Assembly (NCBI GenBank): GCA_012295275.1 | Contig: CM022678.1 | Span: 1,674,001 to 1,738,000, forward strand | Direction of reading: 5' to 3' | DNA: 64,000 bases | DNA from: Chrysomallon squamiferum | Taxonomy: Eukaryota; Animalia; Mollusca | Shown here: one piece after another, positions 56,040 to 64,000 of the stretch | Layout of the letters: each line of letters begins with the position of its first letter | Position numbering within the stretch: position 1 is the stretch's first letter | Notes under the pieces: model-generated | What the model saw: only the letters and a program-made list of their open reading frames with translations | Told to the model about the DNA's origin: nothing | Databases searched by the model: none | Position numbers and translations under genes: made by a program

Positions 56040-56770
56040 TCAAACGTTACCTAAATGGGAAGAAATTAATAAAATATTACATTAGCAGGAACGCAATAAT
56101 TAAACAAATGGGAACAGACTGCAGAAAAATTTACATAAATGCAAAAACAAATTAATAAAACAGTATGTAAATGGGAATGTTTTAATAAGAGATTACAATA
56201 CAGTGAACAATTTAATTACATTTTACATAACCAGGAACAATTTAATTAAATTTTACATAAATGGGAGCAATGCAATGAAACATTAAATATATATGTAGTA
56301 ATTACAGTTAACCATTACAAAAATAGAAACAACAGCTTGATCATATTTATAAACTTTACACAAATCTTTACATTGTAGTTAAACCTTATTAAAATGGGAA
56401 CAAATGATATTTATAAACTTTACATAAATGGGAAAAAATGAATTAAACATAACATAAATCAGAAAACCTTAGTTAAATATTATGAAACTGGGAACAAATT
56501 ATTTAAATTAGACACATATAGAAACAAACTATATAAATATTATATAAATGGGAACAATTTACATTTAAAAAAAATAATAATAACAACATGAAAGATGATG
56601 GAACTATTTAAATATTATTTAAATGAGAAAAAAATTACATTTTACATTAATAAGAACAAATTATTTAATTATAATGTAAACTTGAACAAATAATCACAAT
56701 TTTTTAAATTATAACATAATTTGAACAAATAAACACAAATTATTTGACTGAAACATGAACTTGAACAAAC
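56040..56770. repeat. Old degenerate tandem repeat (acataaatgggaacaa core)
   Basis: taaatgggaac-like motif recurs more than 10 times at ~30-60-bp spacing. Confidence 0.65.
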
Positions 56771-57045
56771 TAGTAACAGACTTTTGACTAAAATCAGACA
56801 AAGATAATCCTCGTTTTCAAATAACGTTCAAAGACTGACAGACTGAAGATCTGGTTTCTCTTCTTCCATAAATAAGTATTTCTGTAAACTACACTTTAAT
56901 CTATCTTAGTTGCATCAGGTTTTACAAAGAGCCTGACATGCTGAGATCAATATTCATGTACAAAGTCACAAAGGGATCAAGTCATGTTTTGAAATGGATA
57001 TGGTTGTGTCTGTTCTGTGTGTGTTTCTGTCTATGTGAGTATGTA

Positions 57046-57077
<32 letters not shown>

Positions 57078-57148
57078 TTTATCTGTATGTTATTTGTACA
57101 AATGTGATAAAGGAACTCTTCTTAGCAGAAAACTTGAAAATAAATGCC

Positions 57149-57185
<37 letters not shown>

Positions 57186-57694
57186 TGAAAATGAACAGTA
57201 ACATGTAACTGTTCACTTTTGTCCAGCACACTTTAAGTGTTTTGGTCAACAGACCATGATGAGCACACTGGTCAGAAGTGACCACTCTGTCAGTGGAAGC
57301 TGGTCAAAATGTCATCTGTCACAGTGCATCACATTTCACCACTGATAACTTCACATGTAAACAGGTTAACTAGCTTTTAATAATGTGATCAAATGTACAG
57401 AAATCACACAATAAAGGGACCTGTAGGCTTGTGCATGCTTGTGTGTGATTGTGTGTGTGTAGTGTGTGTCGATGTGTCTGTGTGTGTATCTGTATGTTTG
57501 TCTGTTTATGTGTGCCTGTATAGCTGTGTGTATGTATATATAATAATGTAAACAAATATGTGTCTGTTTGTTTGTTATGTCTGTGTGTAGTGTGTATGCA
57601 TGTGTATCTGCAGATTTGTGTTCCTGTATGGGTGTGTGTAGTGTAATCATATATGAATGTGTGTGTTTCTGTGTGTGTGTGTGTGTGTGTGTTT

Positions 57695-57742
<48 letters not shown>

Positions 57743-58245
57743 ATGTATGTATAACTATGTGAATATTGTGGCCTTTATGAACAGCTATAAGTTTCAATGC
57801 TGTAAAAAACAGGAGTGTCAAACTATTGAGACATTTCTGTTACATCATGCACAGCAGGTTCACGTGTTTATTTTGTAAACCACACAGCCTGGGGTTGTAT
57901 TTTATTTTCATATTTACTAACTTCATCTTTATTTATTTGAGATTTTTCATTTATTAATTTGTTTATTTAAACTGACAGAAATCTGGAACAGAAATAGATG
58001 TTTAAAAACTGTGGTTCCTAGAGTTGGTGGTTAATATTTATTTAATTTGATTTTCAACATCATCATCATTTAATTATTTAATAAACTAGTGTGTATTTAT
58101 TTCCTTTTTCTTAGATACCTTGCAAGAAATGTTCTTGTTTGTCTGGGTGTGTGATTTTTTTTTTTTTTCTTTTCTTTCTTAATATATATTTTATCATCAC
58201 TTCTCTTTCTTTTTATTTTTTTTTATTTTTTAAATTTCTATCAGC

Positions 58246-58287
<42 letters not shown>

Positions 58288-58606
58288 CCATTCCTTGTTA
58301 GTGCAATCACGTCACCTATTACTTAGTGTCTTTATTTATTCATCCTCATCAGTTTATGTAACCTGACTGCAGAAATAAACTAATTAAAAAATCAATTCTC
58401 ATCCAGCACAAAATAAAAGTTTAATGCTTGGCTCTCATCATTTTAGTGCAGGTGTGCCTGCATATGCATGCATGAAAATGCACTGTAAATCAATGTGTGT
58501 GTACGTGTGTTTGCATGTCGTTGTACATGAATGTGTCTATATGTGATTCTTTATATGTACAGGAATAAATGTATTTTTAAGTTTATATGTGTGTGTGGGA
58601 GAGGGA

Positions 58607-58657
<51 letters not shown>

Positions 58658-59984
58658 AATGAGAGAGAAAGATAACAAGAAAGAGAGAGAGAGAGTTTGT
58701 TCTTTAAATTTTAACCTAACCATGATACTTTCACAATGCTTATACATTTTCTTCAGTTTGCAAACATTCCTTCCCTTCTTTTTTTTTTTTTCTTTTTCTC
58801 AGTATAAATCCAAACACACTACACTTTTGTGATGCTAAATTATTGTCATCTGTTCACAGACCTTTCAATTAAAAGTAAAAAAGAGTAACAGTGGCTGTGA
58901 TAGAACTTGATTAGTGAGTCCAGGTAATCCAATTGCTGTCATATTTTATCTCCAGTGACGGCTTGCTAACACAATTGGGTTGAATTACCTCCCTTTTAGC
59001 CCGATCAGCCAGTGCTGGGCAGAGGTGAATTCGAAATGATTTTCACTAAATCCTCACAAAATTACGGCAATGAAATTTGGCAAAAAAAAGGGACAATGTT
59101 GTTATAGTGACACTGAGAGCTGACCTTGGTTGCCACTGGTGACAGTGACAGAGAGAAGAAACAGAGAAAGAATAAACCCAACAGCAATTATTCTTTTATT
59201 ATCTAAGAAGTTTCCCATGGTAATCATCACTGAAATTGTAAATGTCAATTTTTAAAATATTTTAAATACAGTTTAAAATAATAAATAAATAAATAAATAA
59301 ATAAATAACAATAACAAATAAACAAACCATCAATGAAAGATTCATACAAAAATATCAAAGAAATATGGAAACAAAAAATAACAAACCAAAAATAAAAATA
59401 GAAAACAAAAAAAAACCGAAAAAAAAAAAAAACTATGGACAAAAACCGATATCAAATTTATACTAAATGATAACCAGCAGACACGTAACAAGAACAAAAG
59501 CAGACACGTAACAAGTACAAAAGCAGCCGTAACAGCAGACCTGAATGAAGACGTGACAGCAGACGACAACCAATTAAAGCGGAAACGTGAGCCAGCGGCC
59601 TGCCTGTGAGAGATTTACCAAACAATAAATTAGAGGACATAAATTACTCTAACCTACAGAGAGGTTAGAGAATTCCTCTCAGCTATTCACAGTTATGAAG
59701 GCTTAGATCAGTTAGTTCACCGGCTCTGACTCACAAATCATCTTCGCTCAACGCTCGCAGCAAGCGAAAATTTCCTCTCCTCCCAATCACATAACTGATC
59801 AGATTTATTCCGCTCACACAGCCCGAGGTGGATAGAATGATGAAAGTCTTGTCCGAGGAGAGAGCTGTTAACTAGGTAACGAGAGAGAGTGTGCGTGCAC
59901 GTGAAGGTGGTAACAATCACAGGGTACGTAATGATGTCAGTCAAAGTGTTGTATTTATGATAGGGTCTCTGGGAAGAGATGATA

Positions 59985-60345
59985 CATACAAATAAACACT
60001 CTGTTATTGAAATTAGTGATAGAGTGAATATAAAGAACTGCTACACATAAAAAATTTAAAAAAAATTCTTCTGTTATTGAAATTAGTGATAGAGTGAATA
60101 TAAAGAACTGATACACATAAAAAAAAAAAAAAAAACATTCTGTTATTGAATTTTGTGATAGAGTGACTTATAAAAGGATGATACAGATAAAAAAACATTG
60201 TTACTGAGTTTTCTGACAAAGTCACTGTAAAGGATTGATATATATATAAAAAAACATTCTGTTATTGAATTTTGTGACAAAGTGACTTATAAAGGGATCA
60301 TACAGATAAAAACTGAGTTTTGTAACAGAGTGACTATAAAAATGA
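59985..60345. repeat. Degenerate ~60-70-bp tandem repeat
   Basis: ctgttattgaa...gtgatagagtga...ataaa...gatacacataaaaa repeated about 5 times. Confidence 0.8.
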
Positions 60346-60529
60346 CGTCACTGGTAAAAGGAAAAAAGGAGTGGGTTCATTAGAAGGAGAAGATTGTCAC
60401 ATTTATGTCTGAAAGAAAGATAAAGTGCTGTCACACTGCGTGTATGATGTCAGGAAAACAAGTAGTTGTTGCTAAATATGTCACACATAAAAATGACAAA
60501 AATAACATGAACAAGAGAGGGTGTGTGTG

Positions 60530-60583
<54 letters not shown>

Positions 60584-60890
60584 GGGTAGATAGGTACATT
60601 TACAATTCAAATTTTTATCTTTTCTCCATCAATGATTTCTTGGTGGTTTCTTCTTTTTTTTTCTGTCTGTATCATCTTATGGATCATGAATGTATGAAAA
60701 TTCAATTTAATTCTGTATAATGTAATTGCACAACAACAATAATAACAAATTTAATATTAATAATAAAAACAATAACAACAACCATAATAACAATATCATG
60801 AAGTAACAACAACAACAACAATAAAAAAAGAAGAACTTCAAGAAGAAGAAAAGAAGAAGAAGAAGAGGAAGAAGAAAACTGAAGACTTAC

Positions 60891-60963
60891 CCATCTTTGA
60901 GAGGTTGAAGAATTGTCTGATTTTCTTTCATGTCAACAATGACCTTTGTTCCCATTTCAATCT
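60891..60963 (-). CDS. KIF13: KIF13-like exon (probable exon 2), 73 nt: (E)IEMGTKVIVDMKENQTILQPLKD(G)
   Basis: Acceptor ttatttcag|AG, donor GG|gtaagt; matches the kinesin-3 segment after RPxNRRE; phases fit the next exon. Confidence 0.88.
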
Positions 60964-61093
60964 CTGAAATAAAAATAATAACGTTTTAACAAACAAATAG
61001 AAAAATAAAAGTGTATATGCATATCCTGTTCACATAAAACTATTCACATATTTATATACTGTTTTTTTTTTTTCTTGACTGTTGTGAAATAAT

Positions 61094-61385
61094 CAGGGCT
61101 TCGAAGAGAAATTATGCAAGGTGGTTCAAGACCCTTTTGGGGTCCCAAATTCAGTCAAAGATTTTTCTCAAACTACTAATACAAAGAAGTAAGTGTGGTG
61201 TGATGAGTGTAGTGATGTGTGTGTGTGAATGTAAATGTATGCTGGGCTGAGGGTACTGGAAAGTGCTTGTTCTTGATGGGGTGGGGATGGATGTTGCTGT
61301 GAGGGGGGCCTTCTTAGCTCTTGGGCCCTGGATCAAAGTACTGGATGGATCCCCTCCCCCACCCCCCCCCCACTCAAAGGCCCTG
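61094..61385. mobile_element. Non-autonomous hAT-type DNA transposon (MITE), 292 bp
   Basis: Ends CAGGGC...GCCCTG are inverted repeats; identical 8-bp flanks GAAATAAT at 61086-61093 and 61386-61393 (8-bp TSD is typical of hAT); GC-rich interior in AT-rich context. Confidence 0.8.
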
Positions 61386-62444
61386 GAAATAATCCTAACT
61401 GACAAACAAAAAAGAAATTTGCTGGGAGCAAACAGATCATGTACCATGAAGAATAAGAAATATTTTATCAAAAAATGGAATCAAGATATACTGACTCTAG
61501 ATACAATTACTTCACTGCATGTATGATTAACTTTGTTAAGGATCACAGACTCATACTGAATGAGAAAACAAAATACCTTAGTGGTATGTTAACAAGATTT
61601 ACATTTAGCAGCAAGTACACTTGTATCTGGACCTTGGACAGCTAAACTAAGAAATTCAACACATATTTATTGAAGATAAACATCGCACATATATATATGA
61701 TTAACGACCATATACTGATAATCAAAGAAAATAAATGGCCATACAGGGATGATGTAAACAAGATTGGCGATTTATTCAACAGCAACTAAACTTGCATCTG
61801 AACCTTTGAAAGCCAGACTATGAATTCATCACACACTTAATCTCTTTATAAATCACCACATGAACAGATAATACATGAAGAAACCAAGTCTGCCAACTTT
61901 CTGGGCTTCTCTGTTTTAGTTATCAGCAAAGGAATCTTTTAATCTGCACATCTGACGAAAAAAAAAAAAAAAAAAAAAAATGTTTAATTAAACCATGAAT
62001 GAACTCTTCAAATGTATATGTTCTGTATGATTAAAGGCCTTAGAAATAATGAAAGAAAGAAAGAAAAAAATCACTGGTGTTTCAAGCATCAGAATCATTC
62101 TTTTTCTTGTCAGCAACAGATCTTTGATCAACATGTAGACAATCAACACACAGACATAATCAACACGCAGACATAATCAACACGTAGACATCATCAACAT
62201 GCAGACCCAATCAACATCTAGACAAAATCAATATGTTTGTATTATACATTGTAGAAGTATTTTGTCTTCAGGAACACCTGATTCTTGTCACTCATTTCGT
62301 ACACAGACTATCAACTCAAACAAGGCATGTTTCTATTTTTTCTCTCAAAAATAGTTATTTAACATCATTAGTCCAAAATAAACTACTCAAAAATAAAAAT
62401 AAATAAATAAAATTAAAAAATAAAGAAACAAAGAAATAATAACA

Positions 62445-62479
<35 letters not shown>

Positions 62480-62664
62480 AATATATAAAAATCTAAGAAC
62501 TCAATAAAGAACACAAAGTGTAAGAAATGTTGTGAATTATTATTATAATTTTTGTTTACTTTTATTTCTGTTTTGTCAAGATCAAAGCAATAGTTAGCTG
62601 CACTGAATGTTAAAACTGGGCCAGCCATCTTAGGAATGTTGTTATGTGACAATATCAGAATAAG

Positions 62665-62699
<35 letters not shown>

Positions 62700-63339
62700 A
62701 GAAGAAGAAAGAAATAAATAAAATAACAAATCAATAAATAACAAAAATATAAAAAAAAAAAATAAAAACAATAACATTACATAATAATAAAAAAAAATCA
62801 ATAAATCAATAAAGAAACAGAAAACACAAACCAACAATAAAGGATAAAAATAAATTTAAAAATACAAACATTAACCAAATAATATCTTATAATATATACA
62901 TAATAAACTAAAAAGAAAAGAAAAAAAAGAAAAGAATTAAAAGAAAATAATTAAAAATAGCAAAAACAATAAACAAATGAACAAATAAACAAACAAGTAA
63001 AGAAACACTAACTAAAAACAATGTTCAAAAACAAAACAAGCAAAAATAATAATAATAATAAATTAAAAAACAAATAAAAAGAAAAGAAAAAAAAAAACAC
63101 AAAATAACATGAGTGTTTTCTACTTTCCTAGTGAAAAAAGACCTCATAGCTAATTTTATTTAATGGTGTTAACATCCTCAATTAAATCTATTCAAATGTT
63201 GTCCTCTTTACAAGCAGCTCTTCAATTTCCTCCAGGAATCTCACCATATCCTTCCCTAGATGAGAAAATTAATTCTGTTTTCTGACACTTAATCATCATT
63301 AAACCCTTCATTTCTCTCTGGCTAAAACACAGCTGTAAT

Positions 63340-63950
63340 GGTAAAACAGAACTGTAAAAACAGTACTGTAAAAACAGAACTATAAAAACAGAACTGTAGG
63401 ACAGAACTGTAAGACAGAACTGTAAAAACAGAACTGTAAGACAGAACTGTAAGACAGAACTGTAAAAACAGAACTGTAAAAACAGAACTGTAAAAAGAGA
63501 ACTGTAAGACAGAACTGTAAAAACAGAACTGAAGAATAGATCTGTGAAATACAGAACTGTAAGACAGAACTGTAAAACAGAACTGAAAAACAGAACTGAA
63601 GAATAGATTTGTGAAATGCAGAACTGTAAGAGAGAACTGTAAAACAGAACTGTAAAACAGAACTGAAGAATAGATCTGTGAAATACAGAACTGTAAAACA
63701 GAAGTGCAAAAGTAAACATTGACAGAGAAAAAAAAATAACTGCAAAAGAAAACTAAAAATGAGAACTGTAATACGTAACTGTAATAGAGAAATGTAAAAC
63801 AGAGCTATAAAACAGAGCAATAATACAGAGCCACAATAGTAAAAAAGAAGTGTAATTCAGTGCTGTAACACAGAACTGTAAAAATGTAACTGTAACAGAA
63901 CTGTAAAAATGTAACTGTAAAACAGCTGCAAATTAGAGCTGTAAAACAGA
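63340..63950. repeat. 14-16-bp minisatellite (acagaactgtaaRa)
   Basis: More than 25 copies with gaagaatagatctgtgaaat interruptions. Confidence 0.92.
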
Positions 63951-64000
63951 ACAACTAAAAAAACTTATAAATCAGATTTGTAATTAGAGTACTAACATCT

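Noticed and set aside
61540-61920. Possible LINE reverse-transcriptase remnant (EETKSANFLG-like peptide)
   Set aside because: Too short and interrupted by stops; no YADD or other RT core motif nearby.
60964-64000. First kinesin exon (KVKVAVRxRP)
   Set aside because: Not found on the minus strand here; presumably lies beyond the window.

Overview
AT-rich, microsatellite-dense animal genomic DNA (probably invertebrate; the taxon cannot be fixed from the sequence). The whole window lies inside a minus-strand kinesin-3 gene of the KIF13/Khc-73 type. Seven GT-AG exons (60891-60963, a 28-nt microexon at 18937-18964, 12828-12885, 12233-12325, 11230-11410, 10586-10673, 9889-10023) splice in frame to about 218 aa of the N-terminal motor domain. 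I found neither the first exon nor the switch-II (DLAGSE) exon in the window. Two genes with intronless CDSs lie on the + strand in the intron after the last visible kinesin exon. One is a 466-aa orphan single-pass (type III-like) membrane protein (2703-4103). The other is a signal peptide-LRRNT-~12 LRR-LRRCT-Thr mucin stalk-TM-acidic tail receptor (6977-8733) with a cluster of small indels at 7802-7930. Other notable items: a duplicated 5' part of the P-loop exon that keeps its splice acceptor and runs into a stop (possible poison acceptor), a hAT-type MITE with a perfect 8-bp TSD, a Tigger4/Zombi-like DNA transposon relic, a phased TAATCC cluster, and many mini- and microsatellites. Most other ORFs in the track are repeat artefacts. 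No CRISPR array, rRNA or intact tRNA was seen.
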